64,000 nucleotides of DNA from Candidatus Hermodarchaeota archaeon (GCA_016839805.1 JAEOTO010000032.1:128001-192000), one strand, 5' to 3'; numbered from the stretch's first letter, positions 1 to 10,412 are shown. Program-made: numbers and translations. Notes: a model not told the origin generated them from the sequence alone.

Positions 1-66
1 AGCGGAAGTCTTTTGCCTCAGTGAATCCCTTTTCAGAGAAAGAAGTATCTTACGTCGTTTGTTGGT

Positions 67-1188
67 ATGAATCGTTGTGAAATTTGCCATCAAAAAATTG
101 GTCTAGCAGAAGCTCTGCCAATCTGTGTCGAGTGTCTCAAAAAAGCCACAGAAGAATCTGAACGAATAGTTCAGGCTGCTCATAAATGGCGCCATTACTT
201 GTTTGAATTACCTGAGGATGTTCCGCGCGCAGCCAATGGTGTGAAGTGTAGAATTTGTGCAAATGAATGCGTTATCCCTCCCAATGGCCTTGGTTATTGT
301 GGATTACGAAAGAATGTTGCAGGGCATCTAGAAGGAAAGGTCACCGCGACACGGGCTTTAATGCATTATTACTTCGACCCCCATGTAACCAATTGTTGTG
401 GATCTTATTTTTGTCCAGGCGGAACCGGCGTTGGATATCCCCAATGGGCTAAGAAGCCAAGAGCCGAATATGGTTATTCAAATCTCGCTGTCTTTTTCTA
501 TGGATGTAGTTTGGATTGTCTTTTCTGTCAAAATGCGTCTCACAAGCAAATTTCCCAGGGAACATCAATAGAGCTTGAAGCCTTTCTGAAAGTCATTGAA
601 CAAAATCTGAAAATTACCTGTGTTTGCTATTTTGGAGGATCACCTGAACCTCAACTGCCCTTTACATTACGGGTAATGGATGCATGTAAAACTCAGTTCA
701 AAGACCGTTTATTACGTCAGTGTCTTGAGATGAATGGCCATGGAAACCCCAAATTGATGAAGAAAATTGGAAAATGTGTCGAAGAAACGGGTGGAATAAT
801 TAAATTTGATCTCAAAGCGTTCTCGGATTCAGTTTACCGGGCACTTTGTGGTGTTTCGAAAAAGCCTAGCTTTGAGAATTTTAAGATGTTAGCTGATACC
901 CTCTCCTTTGATGAAAGGGGCTATCCTCCATTAATGGCAACCACGTTGCTGGTGCCACATTATGTTGATGAACATGAAGTCGCACAAATTGCTCGATTTA
1001 TTAAAGAACTTAACCAGCCATCAATTGAATACAGTCTATTGATTTTTCATCCACGTCATTTAATGAGTGATTTACCTGTTACCCCATTAGAACAAGCACA
1101 ACGCTGCTATGATGCAGCAAAACAAGAACTTGGTAAGCGACCGCATATCGGGAATATCAATTTATTGTCTGGTCGGCTTCACCTCTAG
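67..1188 (+). CDS. Radical SAM protein, PFL-activating-enzyme-like (AmmeMemoRadiSam-related)
   Basis: CxxxCxxC (CSLDCLFCQN), N-terminal Cys clusters (CRICANEC..GYCGLR), YFGGSPEP. Confidence 0.85.
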   Translation: MNRCEICHQKIGLAEALPICVECLKKATEESERIVQAAHKWRHYLFELPEDVPRAANGVKCRICANECVIPPNGLGYCGLRKNVAGHLEGKVTATRALMHYYFDPHVTNCCGSYFCPGGTGVGYPQWAKKPRAEYGYSNLAVFFYGCSLDCLFCQNASHKQISQGTSIELEAFLKVIEQNLKITCVCYFGGSPEPQLPFTLRVMDACKTQFKDRLLRQCLEMNGHGNPKLMKKIGKCVEETGGIIKFDLKAFSDSVYRALCGVSKKPSFENFKMLADTLSFDERGYPPLMATTLLVPHYVDEHEVAQIARFIKELNQPSIEYSLLIFHPRHLMSDLPVTPLEQAQRCYDAAKQELGKRPHIGNINLLSGRLHL

Positions 1189-1200
1189 GTTACGGAGCAG

Positions 1201-1215
1201 CGAAATTCTTATATG
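1201..1215 (+). promoter_or_regulatory. BRE/TATA promoter of the thermosome gene
   Basis: CGAAA followed by TTCTTATATG about 55 nt upstream of ATG 1269; SD-like AGGTGA at 1254-1259. Confidence 0.55.
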
Positions 1216-1268
1216 TCAGTGAAAGGTGCAACAGCACCAATATTACTCAAAGAAGGTGACACACCAAT

Positions 1269-2894
1269 ATGTCACTTAGCGGTACTCCAATATTACTATT
1301 AAAAGAAGGTTCAAAACGTGAACGGGGCCGAGATGCCCAACGAAATAACATTATGGCAGCGGTCGCGATTGCAGAAGCTATTAGAACAGCACTCGGACCG
1401 AAAGGTCAAGATAAGATGCTTGTTGACAGCTTCGGTGATGTTACAATTACGAATGATGGAGCTACGATTCTAAAGGAAATCGACGTAGAACATCCTGCTG
1501 CAAAGATGATTGTTGAAGTAGCTAAGACCCAAGATGATGAAGTGGGTGACGGAACTACTTCAGCAGTTGTTCTGGCAGGTGAGCTCCTTAAACAGGCTGA
1601 AATGCTGATTGACCAAAAGATACACCCAACAGTGATTGTAGAGGGTTATCGCAAAGCAACTGAGAAAGGGCTCGATCTGCTAGATTCAATTGCTATAGAA
1701 GATTCCAGCATTGCGATGCTCAAGAAAGTTGCAATGACTTCTATGCAATCAAAGGTTGTATCAGAATTTCGTAAAGTGTTAGCTGATTTAGGCGTTAAAG
1801 CCATTCAACGTATCACTGATACTGTCGATGGTGAAAAGCAAGCCGATCTTGATAATGTGAAAGTGGAAAAGAAACCGGGTGGAACAATCCAGGACACAAT
1901 ATTTATCGAAGGCATCGTTCTTGACAAGGAAATTGTCCATCCAGGAATGGCAAAATCACTTGAGAACCCGAAGATCGCTCTCATCCAAAGCGCCTTTGAA
2001 GTCGAGAAAACTGAATTCACTGCTAAAATTGACATTCGCGAGGTTACTCAGATGCAGGCTTTTCTCGACGAAGAGGAGCGAATGCTTCGAGAAATGGTCG
2101 AAAAGGTCAATAAAACTGGTGCAAATGTCGTTCTTTGCCAAAAAGGAATTGATGACGTAGCACAACATTTCATGGCTCAAGAAGGTATTATTGCTGTTCG
2201 CAGAATCAAGGAAAGCGATATGGAAAAGCTAGCAAGAGCTACTGGCGGAAAACTCATCTCAAATCTTGATGATTTAACCAAGAAGGACTTGGGTACTGCT
2301 CAATCGATTGAAGAACGAAAGATAACAGATGACAAAATGGTCTTTATCGAGGGCTGTAAAAATCCCAAAGCCGTTAGCATTCTTCTTCGAGGCAGCACAG
2401 ATCTCGTCGTTGATGAAGCAGAGAGAGCTTTACATGACGCCCTCTGTGTTATCCGAAACGTCGTAGAAGATGGCCGAGTTGTTTCAGGTGGCGGAGCTCC
2501 AGAAATTCATGTCGCAGTGCATCTACAAGATTATGCTGAAAGTCTACCTGGACGTGAACAATTAGCCGTTCTCGCATTCGCAGAGGCAATGGAAATCATT
2601 CCGAAAACTCTAGCTGAGAATGCGGGTCTAGACTCCATTGATATTATTGCTGAACTTAAGACTCGACATGAGAAAAAAGAAGTTAGCGCTGGTATCGATG
2701 GAATCAAAGGCAAAGTTGGAGACCTTGCAAAAGGAAATGTCTGGGAGCCTTTAGTTGTTAAACGCCAGGCTATTAAGTCAGCAAGCGAAGTGTCTCAAAT
2801 GCTCCTGCGTATTGATGATGTCATCGCTTCCAAAGGCATGGATGCTGGTGGTCCACCTGGTGGTATGCCAGGTGGCGAAGACTTCGAAGACTAA
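1269..2894 (+). CDS. ths: Thermosome (group II chaperonin) subunit
   Basis: [31 protein letters not shown] motifs; GGM-rich C-terminal tail. Confidence 0.98.
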   Translation: MSLSGTPILLLKEGSKRERGRDAQRNNIMAAVAIAEAIRTALGPKGQDKMLVDSFGDVTITNDGATILKEIDVEHPAAKMIVEVAKTQDDEVGDGTTSAVVLAGELLKQAEMLIDQKIHPTVIVEGYRKATEKGLDLLDSIAIEDSSIAMLKKVAMTSMQSKVVSEFRKVLADLGVKAIQRITDTVDGEKQADLDNVKVEKKPGGTIQDTIFIEGIVLDKEIVHPGMAKSLENPKIALIQSAFEVEKTEFTAKIDIREVTQMQAFLDEEERMLREMVEKVNKTGANVVLCQKGIDDVAQHFMAQEGIIAVRRIKESDMEKLARATGGKLISNLDDLTKKDLGTAQSIEERKITDDKMVFIEGCKNPKAVSILLRGSTDLVVDEAERALHDALCVIRNVVEDGRVVSGGGAPEIHVAVHLQDYAESLPGREQLAVLAFAEAMEIIPKTLAENAGLDSIDIIAELKTRHEKKEVSAGIDGIKGKVGDLAKGNVWEPLVVKRQAIKSASEVSQMLLRIDDVIASKGMDAGGPPGGMPGGEDFED

Positions 2895-2922
2895 CCAATT
2901 AACTAACCAAGAGGCGGAAGAT

Positions 2923-3171
2923 GTGCCAAAAAAGGGACCCAAAATTGGTCCTAAACGAATGACTCGATATGAAAAGTCCCGAGTAGTGGGAGCCCGCGCC
3001 CTTCAGATTTCTATGGGCGCACCCATTCTCACACGTATCGATGCCAATCTTCATGATCCGATTCGGATTGCAGAGCTAGAATTGCTTAAGCGAGTCCTTC
3101 CCATAACAATTCGTCGCAAGTTACCTTCTGGTGCTTTTGAAGACGTAGCGTTAGTTGATCTCCTCGATTAA
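2923..3171 (+). CDS. rpoK: RNA polymerase subunit Rpo6 (RpoK); probable GTG start at 2923, not 2755
   Basis: MTRYEKSRVVGARALQISMGAP..LPITIRRKLP signature; GAGGCGG SD before GTG 2923. Confidence 0.95.
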   Translation: MPKKGPKIGPKRMTRYEKSRVVGARALQISMGAPILTRIDANLHDPIRIAELELLKRVLPITIRRKLPSGAFEDVALVDLLD

Positions 3172-3363
3172 CACTCTCCGTCTGCCTTTCTTTATTTTAT
3201 AGTTCAATATTCTAGGTATCTTTCTGACCTAGTATATTGAAATCATAGAAGGGGACACAAGGCTGTTAAGTTGTGAAATTAAATCATCGAAACGCTTTTT
3301 GCGTTCTTTATAGAAGCATTAAGCTACAAATTAGTAGGTGCCTTTTTTGTTGGGTGTATCTAA

Positions 3364-4950
3364 ATGAAGCGGTTTCTAACGTTTGACGAACTCAAATCAA
3401 TGAAATATGAAGAAATCCAAGCTATACAAGACCGGAAATTCCAGGCTTTTATACGCTATCAGGTTTATCCAAACCATCCCTTCTATCGACGATTATTTAA
3501 GGAATATAATGTTGATCCGTTCGATCTTCACAAGCCCACTGATTGGGCTAAATATGGGCTTCCCCTTATCAAGAAAGCTGATTACAAGAATAATCTCCGT
3601 GAATTTGTATTAAATCCCCAACAAGTAGAAGGAAAAGACCGCGCCCCAGCAGAAATTATCGGGAACCTGCTTGACTACTACAAGGAAGTTGGTTATAAAA
3701 AAGATCGAAGCTACGTGTTTCGTCGTGGACTCAAAGTCAAACTTCGAATTGGAAAAGATAAAGCAACACAGGAACTTCTAGACCATATTAAATACCAATA
3801 TTCTCCACGATTCTTTTGGTTCTCCTCTGGTCGAGCCTCCGGACTCCCCTCGCCGGTATTCCTAACCCATTACGACAATGAACTCATGCTTAACAACATG
3901 GCAAAATCCGGAAAAATGGCCATCGATCCCTTTGTCAAAGATGGTTTTGAACTCCGCGCCATGAATCTCTTTCCCTCTGCACCTCACTTAGGCTTTTTTG
4001 GCGTTGATGGTGGGTTGCTAAAAATGGCAGATTTTATTGTACGATCAACAGCAGGCGGAGCCATCACGACCGATAAGTTAGTACAGCTAGCTGAATTATT
4101 CAAGGTGACGGGATTTGCTGCGATGCCTGGTTATTTACGGAATATATTCTGTCAAGAGTTACTAAAACAAAAACCCAAACTAGAACCTCGTGGAATTATA
4201 TTGTTAGCTGGTGAACGGATTTACGATGCAGTGATTGACGATATAAAAGAATATTTTGCCAAGGTAGGAATGACAGAAACACGGGTTATCGGCGGTTGGG
4301 CAGCAAGCGAAACTAAGATTGGAGTAGCTTGTCAGTGTCAGGAGAAAGGAGGATATCATAATCTTTCTCCTCTTGCTTTTGCAATACGCTTCGTGAAGTT
4401 CACAGATGATGCAGGTAATTATGAATTTACAAGTCCAGAGGAAGGGGGATACATTACTATCTTTCATGTCGATGGTCGTTCGTCCATGTTTGAAGGATAT
4501 CTAATGGGTGATCACGTTGACAAAGTCACCACTGGGAAATGCCCCCATTGCGGACTGGAAATGCCCTGTTTCTCCAATATTTCTCGGGAATCAGAAATCA
4601 GTGCCCAAATGCAGGTAATGGGTATTGCTGAAGAGAAAATCAAGGGTGCAACAGTAAATCTAACTGCATTGCGTGAATCCTTACTTGCAATGAATGACAT
4701 CCATGAAGTACAGATTGTTGTTAGTAAATCTAAACCAGATGATCCATATTCTATGGATGTTCTATCGTTAAATGTAGTATTGAAGGCTGGAACGAGCCAA
4801 ACTACAAACCAAAAAGTGATTCAAAAATTGACCAAGACTGAAACCGAGATTACACCAGTAATCCATTTCATGGATTTAGATACACTCCTAGAACAGGCTG
4901 GCGGTTTGAAATTTCAGGAAATTGTTGATTCCAGAATCAAACCTGCTTAA
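3364..4950 (+). CDS. Phenylacetate-CoA ligase (PaaK)-like adenylate-forming enzyme
   Basis: PFYRRLF, LPLIKK, SSGRASGLP P-loop, LAGE, WAASE, CPHCG, IVDSR motifs. Confidence 0.75.
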   Translation: MKRFLTFDELKSMKYEEIQAIQDRKFQAFIRYQVYPNHPFYRRLFKEYNVDPFDLHKPTDWAKYGLPLIKKADYKNNLREFVLNPQQVEGKDRAPAEIIGNLLDYYKEVGYKKDRSYVFRRGLKVKLRIGKDKATQELLDHIKYQYSPRFFWFSSGRASGLPSPVFLTHYDNELMLNNMAKSGKMAIDPFVKDGFELRAMNLFPSAPHLGFFGVDGGLLKMADFIVRSTAGGAITTDKLVQLAELFKVTGFAAMPGYLRNIFCQELLKQKPKLEPRGIILLAGERIYDAVIDDIKEYFAKVGMTETRVIGGWAASETKIGVACQCQEKGGYHNLSPLAFAIRFVKFTDDAGNYEFTSPEEGGYITIFHVDGRSSMFEGYLMGDHVDKVTTGKCPHCGLEMPCFSNISRESEISAQMQVMGIAEEKIKGATVNLTALRESLLAMNDIHEVQIVVSKSKPDDPYSMDVLSLNVVLKAGTSQTTNQKVIQKLTKTETEITPVIHFMDLDTLLEQAGGLKFQEIVDSRIKPA

Positions 4951-4963
4951 TTACAAAAGAGAG

Positions 4964-5060
4964 TGGAGCCTCGAGCGGGGATTGAACCCGCGACCAGCAG
5001 CTTACTCGGCATTTTCATTCTGCATACGAGGCTGTCGCTCTACCACTGAGCTATCGAGGC
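4964..5060 (-). tRNA. tRNA-Thr(CGU) with a 22-nt intron at 37/38 (5003-5024); CCA encoded
   Basis: Cloverleaf GCCTCGA..TCGAGGC-TCCA; BHB helix CTCG/CGAG with bulges TA|T and TA|A. Confidence 0.95.
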
Positions 5061-5137
5061 ACAGTAAAGAGGTTGAATATGGGTACCCAAAAAAGATTTC
5101 GTCATCATATAAGGTAGTAGTATGGAAGTGATTAGTT

Positions 5138-6136
5138 ATGTCTAGAAACGGGAAAACGGTTCGTGATTTTGGTGAACGGGGATTAATCCGCTGGTTCCAG
5201 GATTTAATTACTCCTTATGATAAGGCGCTGCTTTCGGGAATGGAAGATGCAGTGGCAGTTCCAGTGAATGATAAGGCCCTCGTTGTGAATAGTGACATGT
5301 TAGTTGCTTCAACGGATGTATTACCCGGTATGACAGCAGATGAAATCGCTTGGAAAGCTGGAGTTATGGGATTAAGTGATTTAGCAGCAAAAGGCGCTTT
5401 ACCATTAGGAATTGTAGTTTCATTGGGGCTTCCTGCTGAAACCAAAGCGAATTTTGCAGCAGCATTAGTCGGTGGTTTGAATTGTGTGAGTCGTGAACAC
5501 GACACTTACTATCTTGGAGGAGACACTAACCAATGTGTCGAATTAGTGATTGATTGTACTGCCATTGGCATTGTTGAGCAAAATCACCTCATCCGAAGAA
5601 GAGGCGCAAACCCCGGTGATCTCATTGCAGTGACTGGCGAGTTTGGATATACTGGAGCCTTATTCGAAGCGGTTTTACGCGGACACAAGAAGCCTAAAAA
5701 AGTTGTAGAAACAATACGAGAAAAGGCTCTCCGCCCCCGTGCTCACATTAGAGAGGGACAAGCCTTGGCAAAAGCAGACGCCGTGTCAGCTGCGATTGAT
5801 AGCAGTGACGGATTAGCTTGGTCATTACACGAACTCTCCGCCGCGAGTCGAGTGGGCTTCCGTATTGATGCACTCCCAATTCCTCCCATTTGCATTGAAT
5901 TTGCTACCTCAAATGATTTGGACCCAGTAAGTCTCGCGCTTTACGGGGGAGAAGAGTTTGAACTGGTAGTTACCGTTCCTCCTAATCGATGGAAAAAAGC
6001 GCAAGAAGCCATTCAAAAGATTGGTGGTAATTTAATCCGTATTGGAAAGATAGTCGATGAACCCGAGAAAATTCTTGTAATCGATGATGATCATAGAGTG
6101 ATCAAGCCGCATGGATTTGAGCATTTTTCAAAATAG
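5138..6136 (+). CDS. thiL: Thiamine-monophosphate kinase
   Basis: GERGLI, EDAVA, LSDLAAKGA, GGDTN, IDSSDGL, GGEEFELV. Confidence 0.95.
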   Translation: MSRNGKTVRDFGERGLIRWFQDLITPYDKALLSGMEDAVAVPVNDKALVVNSDMLVASTDVLPGMTADEIAWKAGVMGLSDLAAKGALPLGIVVSLGLPAETKANFAAALVGGLNCVSREHDTYYLGGDTNQCVELVIDCTAIGIVEQNHLIRRRGANPGDLIAVTGEFGYTGALFEAVLRGHKKPKKVVETIREKALRPRAHIREGQALAKADAVSAAIDSSDGLAWSLHELSAASRVGFRIDALPIPPICIEFATSNDLDPVSLALYGGEEFELVVTVPPNRWKKAQEAIQKIGGNLIRIGKIVDEPEKILVIDDDHRVIKPHGFEHFSK

Positions 6137-6142
6137 GAGAAG

Positions 6143-6261
6143 TGGCGGGCTCGGGGGGATTTTCGGTAACCAAAAGGTATTCATTCGAACCCCCGACAAT
6201 CGGGTATCTCTGAAACGAGATCTTAAGAGCCCGACGCTCTGCCTGGCTAAGCTACGAGCCC
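6143..6261 (-). tRNA. tRNA-Lys(CUU) with two introns: 18 nt at 37/38 (6206-6223) and 24 nt in the T-loop at 59/60 (6160-6183)
   Basis: Acceptor GGGCTCG/CGAGCCC-GCCA; BHBs CTCT/AGAG (TA|A, AT|A) and TTCG/CGAA (AA|T, AA|T). Confidence 0.93.
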
Positions 6262-6358
6262 GCATCAGTGCAGTTTTTCTAGCCTTTATATTAAAACTTT
6301 CTGAAAAACAGCTGAGCCGTAGAATTTTATACTGTCAATGTCACAATGGCGACTTAGT

Positions 6359-6802
6359 ATGACTACAAAACGGATTGTAATTGCTGGAACTTTCGACATA
6401 CTACATCCAGGTCACGTGTTTTTGATTTCCGAGGCCGCAAAACAAGGTGAAGTGATCGTGGTTATCGCCCGAGATGATAACGTGCTACATGCTAAAGGTC
6501 GTCAAGTAATTGTTCCAGAAAAACAACGCCTTTTCATGGTCCAAGCCTTGAAAGGAGTTTCTAAAGCTATTCTAGGGAAACCAGGGCCTGATTTTGTAGG
6601 CATTGTAGAGGAGTTAGAGCCGGATATCCTGTTATTAGGTCCCAATCAAAAGATGGATCTTGTACAAGTTCAAACTCGATTGCAGCAAAGAGGTCTTAAG
6701 ACAAAAGTAATGCGATTGAATCGATTATTCGATGAATTCCCGTTAAATAGCACGACGAAGATTATTGAGAAAGCGTATGCGAATCGGAAAGGTCAGCATT
6801 AA
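6359..6802 (+). CDS. ribL: FAD synthase (cytidylyltransferase family); probable start ATG 6359
   Basis: GTFDILHPGH, VIARD, LGPNQ, STTKII; adjacent to ribK. Confidence 0.88.
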   Translation: MTTKRIVIAGTFDILHPGHVFLISEAAKQGEVIVVIARDDNVLHAKGRQVIVPEKQRLFMVQALKGVSKAILGKPGPDFVGIVEELEPDILLLGPNQKMDLVQVQTRLQQRGLKTKVMRLNRLFDEFPLNSTTKIIEKAYANRKGQH

Positions 6803-7451
6803 CTGTAATTATATCTCCGTCGGATATCCTGAGCTTTTCACGGAGATTGACAGGGGCAATAATCTCAACAACATTTGGATGATGATGTGTACGTTCGATT
6901 TGAAGGATAGCTGCCTTTTGTTGATTATTTACTGTTGCCAGATAACATGCTACAGGTCCGAAACTTCGATCACCGGTTGTAAAACCATTAATTTCTATTC
7001 CAATTGTTGCTTTGAGTAGCCGAAACTCATTCACATCGGCATCAGTATGTAACTGAATATTCAAGGTTCCAGGAAATGGTGTATAGCCTAATTTTTTTCG
7101 GAATTGCTTGCGATATCCCTCTAATTGCACGTAGTAGGCTCCTTCTCCTAATCCGGTAAAGATCCGACCCCGAAGGGTTACTGATCGTTTCTTAGTCATA
7201 GCTACTTCTAGAATTGACTGAACGTGGGTCAATTCAGCTACTCCTTTTGATTCAATTCGTATTAGTTGACCACGATTTGTTAGAATACGTTGAATCCATC
7301 CATTTTGTTCAAGAGCAGCTAATCTCCGTGATGCAGTTTGTTGACTTGTATTGAGAAGAAGGGCAAGTCTTGGAGTAGATGTTCGTATACTGTTAGTTAC
7401 AGCACCGAGTTGGGCTAATACTAGAAGTGTGAACCATAACTGTTCTTTCAA
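6762..7451 (-). CDS. ribK: CTP-dependent riboflavin kinase with N-terminal wHTH
   Basis: SQQTASRRL HTH, GLGEGAYYV, PFPGTLN, RTHH, EIIAP. Confidence 0.93.
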   Translation of the reverse strand: MKEQLWFTLLVLAQLGAVTNSIRTSTPRLALLLNTSQQTASRRLAALEQNGWIQRILTNRGQLIRIESKGVAELTHVQSILEVAMTKKRSVTLRGRIFTGLGEGAYYVQLEGYRKQFRKKLGYTPFPGTLNIQLHTDADVNEFRLLKATIGIEINGFTTGDRSFGPVACYLATVNNQQKAAILQIERTHHHPNVVEIIAPVNLREKLRISDGDIITVNADLSDSHTLSQ

Positions 7452-7456
7452 TTATA

Positions 7457-8122
7457 TCATCCATTTTTCTTCAGTTCTATTCGGGCGTTGGTGGCTAGTT
7501 GGTGGGCGCGTCGAGTCGGCTCGGGAAGTCGATATTTTGTGATACATTTCAATGTCATATCGACTGCAGTTTTGAGAGAGATTCGATGACCTACACTTAC
7601 ATAAATTGGATTACACCCCGGTTTGGTTGAAATTCGAGCGCCCACCACTTCGTTATTTAGAACAATTTTATCAAATGATTTTAAATTGGACTCAATTTCA
7701 CCGCATAGCATTCGTTTTGCTACTCCTATTGTTGGTATTTTCTTCAGGACTCCAAAATGACTTGCAGCACCTAATCTTCGTGGGTGAGCGCGCCCATGTG
7801 CGTCAACGAAGCAAAGATCAGGTGTATATGATAAAGCTTCGTAAGCAAGTGAGAGAGGAGTATACTCCCGAAAAGAAAGAAATGTCGGGATATAGGGTAC
7901 TGTAGTTTGGGTTACAATGATTTTTTCTTCAAGCAGTTGCAGTTCTGGGAAGCTAATGAGTACAGCTGCCCCAATAGCGGTTTGTTCGATATATGCAACA
8001 TCTAATCCACAAACACATTTGGGTGGAATTGTGAAATCGTCTGCTTCGATGACACAGTCAACTAGACTTTGTTGAACTTGCCGCGCTTTTTTTGTAGAGA
8101 AGCCTTTTGGCAAGTACTCCAT
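7457..8122 (-). CDS. nfi: Endonuclease V
   Basis: GLDVAY, PYIPTFLSFRE, VDAHGRAHPRRLGAASH, IGVAK, PEPTRRAH. Confidence 0.95.
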   Translation of the reverse strand: MEYLPKGFSTKKARQVQQSLVDCVIEADDFTIPPKCVCGLDVAYIEQTAIGAAVLISFPELQLLEEKIIVTQTTVPYIPTFLSFREYTPLSLAYEALSYTPDLCFVDAHGRAHPRRLGAASHFGVLKKIPTIGVAKRMLCGEIESNLKSFDKIVLNNEVVGARISTKPGCNPIYVSVGHRISLKTAVDMTLKCITKYRLPEPTRRAHQLATNARIELKKNG

Positions 8123-8129
8123 GCCCCTA

Positions 8130-8774
8130 TTATTCTTTCAGCTTTTTTTGAAACGAGTTAATTCCTGCAAGTAGGCGACGGTTTTCTATTGCAGTACTAA
8201 GATCAGCACGGGTTCTTTCAATTAACCCACGTGCTATGTCTGTTTTTCTTCTCACACCCGGGGTTAAACCACGTGGAAAATCAAAGGTTAGTAAAGTGGC
8301 ATAGATTTGTTCCATCTCCTCAAACGCACGTTTTGCCTCCTTTAAATTATCATCTATCAAAGAATCAATAGCATATCTTCGGAGTTCACCTACTAAGTCT
8401 CCTAGACCCTGTAGATAACCAACTTCACTTACGCCAATTTCTTCTGGTCCTGGAAGATTTTGTTTTATATTGAATGCTAGAAATAGCGCCGCTTCCGCAA
8501 CCTCACCCTCCGCATCATGAACTAGCCCGATAACAGGTAGTTGACTTAGTTTTTCAAGATGTGTCTGTGCTGCCTTCATCATTGATTGGGCATTTGTTAT
8601 TGATTTTTTAGCTTTCTTTAGTTCGCCTTGGTGAACGGCAGATATGGCTTCTCGAGTTACTTTGAGAACTTTATGCATTTCATCAATAAGAAGATCCCGA
8701 GCCTTGTTTTGTACTGAAAGTTTAGCATAAATATCGTCGCCAATTTCTTTGAGACCCATTGTTATTTGCTCCAT
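8130..8774 (-). CDS. Archaeal translin/Trax-family protein
   Basis: EVAEA, YLQGLGDLVGELRR, RRKTDIAR motifs. Confidence 0.88.
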   Translation of the reverse strand: MEQITMGLKEIGDDIYAKLSVQNKARDLLIDEMHKVLKVTREAISAVHQGELKKAKKSITNAQSMMKAAQTHLEKLSQLPVIGLVHDAEGEVAEAALFLAFNIKQNLPGPEEIGVSEVGYLQGLGDLVGELRRYAIDSLIDDNLKEAKRAFEEMEQIYATLLTFDFPRGLTPGVRRKTDIARGLIERTRADLSTAIENRRLLAGINSFQKKLKE

Positions 8775-8824
8775 TTTATCTAAGTTACAGCTGATGGTGC
8801 AGTGAATAAAAAATACTTAAATGA

Positions 8825-9784
8825 TTGGCTTTGGGTGAAAAGATGGGTTGTACTGTGGTTTCCTCTGAGTTAGCGAAGATATACAGGAAGCAACGTTATC
8901 GGTTCATTGGTAAGAATAGTGTACTGAAGAAATGTTATCATGTTCACAAGGCGCTAACCCAACAACGACCGTGCTATAAACAGACCTTCTATCATACAAT
9001 CACCACTCATCGGTGTATGCAGCTCTCACCGACTTTACAATGTTCGCAAGCCTGTCTCTTTTGTTGGAGGACAATGCCAGGTGATGAGGGGTTTCCTAGA
9101 GGATTAGAGAAGGAAATACCAGATGAGCCATCAGAGATTTTAGATAACGCTGTAATTGAGCAACGTAAAATTCTTGATGGGTATAATCCAGTGTGTCACC
9201 CTAAGGTTACCCCGCAAATGTATGCGGAAGCTAGAAATCCCCGTCATGTTGCTATTAGTTTGGTTGGAGAGCCAACCCTCTATAGTCGCTTATCTGATTT
9301 GATTACAGAATGTAAACGGAGAGGTTGGACGAGTTATCTTGTAAGTAATGGCACTAACCCTCATCTGTTAGAACAAATTGAGGAGCCTACTCAGCTTTAC
9401 ATTTCCTTTGTTGCACCCGATAAGAGAACCCACCAAGAACTTTGTCGACCTAATGTACCGAAAGCCTGGGACCGGGTCCAAAAATCTTTGAACCTGTTTT
9501 CTTCATTTTCCTGTCCTACTGTTGTGCGAATGACTCTTGTTGAGGGATATAACATGCACGGTGTTTCTAATTATGCACAAATACTAGATGCAGCTAACCC
9601 GGATTATATCGAATGCAAAGCGTATATGCATGTAGGGGGGAGCATGCAGCGTTTGTCTCGTGAAAACATGCCAGGTATGAAATCTATTCGAGAGTTTGCT
9701 GAAGCAATAGCTAATCAAACTGGATACTCGGTTACTAATGAAGATACAGTTAGCCGGGTTGTCTTGCTATCACAAAGCCAATAG
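8825..9784 (+). CDS. taw1: 4-demethylwyosine synthase TYW1/Taw1 (radical SAM)
   Basis: CYKQTFY, HRCMQLSP, CSQACLFCWR, AISLVGEPTLY, IECKAYMHVG, SRVVLL. Confidence 0.95.
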   Translation: MALGEKMGCTVVSSELAKIYRKQRYRFIGKNSVLKKCYHVHKALTQQRPCYKQTFYHTITTHRCMQLSPTLQCSQACLFCWRTMPGDEGFPRGLEKEIPDEPSEILDNAVIEQRKILDGYNPVCHPKVTPQMYAEARNPRHVAISLVGEPTLYSRLSDLITECKRRGWTSYLVSNGTNPHLLEQIEEPTQLYISFVAPDKRTHQELCRPNVPKAWDRVQKSLNLFSSFSCPTVVRMTLVEGYNMHGVSNYAQILDAANPDYIECKAYMHVGGSMQRLSRENMPGMKSIREFAEAIANQTGYSVTNEDTVSRVVLLSQSQ

Positions 9785-9794
9785 AAGAACCTGA

Positions 9795-10412
9795 TCATTC
9801 AGCAAGGGAGAGATGCTTTGTTTCTATTCCACCTGGTGTTACGATAAGAAGATCAATACCGTCGCCTGACATTGCATCCCGTCGTGTGGCAGCCTGAATA
9901 GCCTTGACTGCTAAGTCGATTGCCTCCTCTTTTGAGAGATTTTCACGAAAATTGGCTTCGAGTACTCCGAGGACTAGTGAAGTAGCAGTACCAACTGCTG
10001 CATAAGTCTCTTTAATAAGAGAGCCTGCAAGATCAAGGCTGTATAGGTGCGAGCCGTCCTGGTCGACACCACCAATCAGCGTTTGTGTGAGATAGGGCAT
10101 ATACTTACGACTAAAGAGAATATTGGAGAGTAATTGAGCTGCAGCTTGAACCGTGATTGATCGCCGGTTTTCGAGTTCAAAGAGGTTGGATTCTGCAGTT
10201 AAGAAGGAAGAAAGCATTTGGTAATCGCCGCTAACTCCAGCACTTCCGACAATGATATTCTCGGTTATTGGAAAAACTTTCTTTCCAGTTTTACTAACTA
10301 CTGTGTAACCCCAAAGTACTCGTTTTTCGGCACCGATGACTACTCCATTTTCAAAGGTTATTCCAACGGTTGCTGCACCGAAGAAAGGAGTCAAATCAGT
10401 TTGTCCGTTCAT
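9795..10412 (-). CDS. psmB: Proteasome beta subunit lacking catalytic Thr1 (G-A-A-T-V-G)
   Basis: Ntn fold motifs GVVIGAEKR, KVFPI, AGVSGD, IGGVD, RRDAMSGDGID. Confidence 0.93.
   Translation of the reverse strand: MNGQTDLTPFFGAATVGITFENGVVIGAEKRVLWGYTVVSKTGKKVFPITENIIVGSAGVSGDYQMLSSFLTAESNLFELENRRSITVQAAAQLLSNILFSRKYMPYLTQTLIGGVDQDGSHLYSLDLAGSLIKETYAAVGTATSLVLGVLEANFRENLSKEEAIDLAVKAIQAATRRDAMSGDGIDLLIVTPGGIETKHLSLAE

Noticed and set aside
1213-1310. Splicing of the thermosome uORF onto the main frame
   Set aside because: The segment is bounded by direct repeats, not a BHB, and the uORF ATG lies in the TATA box.
1805-2713. Numerous 60-150 aa ORFs nested in or antisense to long genes throughout the window
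   Set aside because: They overlap well-supported genes and have no recognisable motifs.
2755-2922. N-terminal extension of Rpo6
   Set aside because: It overlaps the thermosome C-terminus; GTG 2923 with an SD gives a normal-length protein.
4995-5036. A27-C43 mismatch in the tRNA-Thr anticodon stem as an editing site
   Set aside because: Single mismatches at the top of this stem are commonly tolerated; nothing else suggests editing.
4922-5131. 69-aa ORF, and likewise 6111-6362 and 37263-37574
   Set aside because: These are antisense shadows of tRNA genes.
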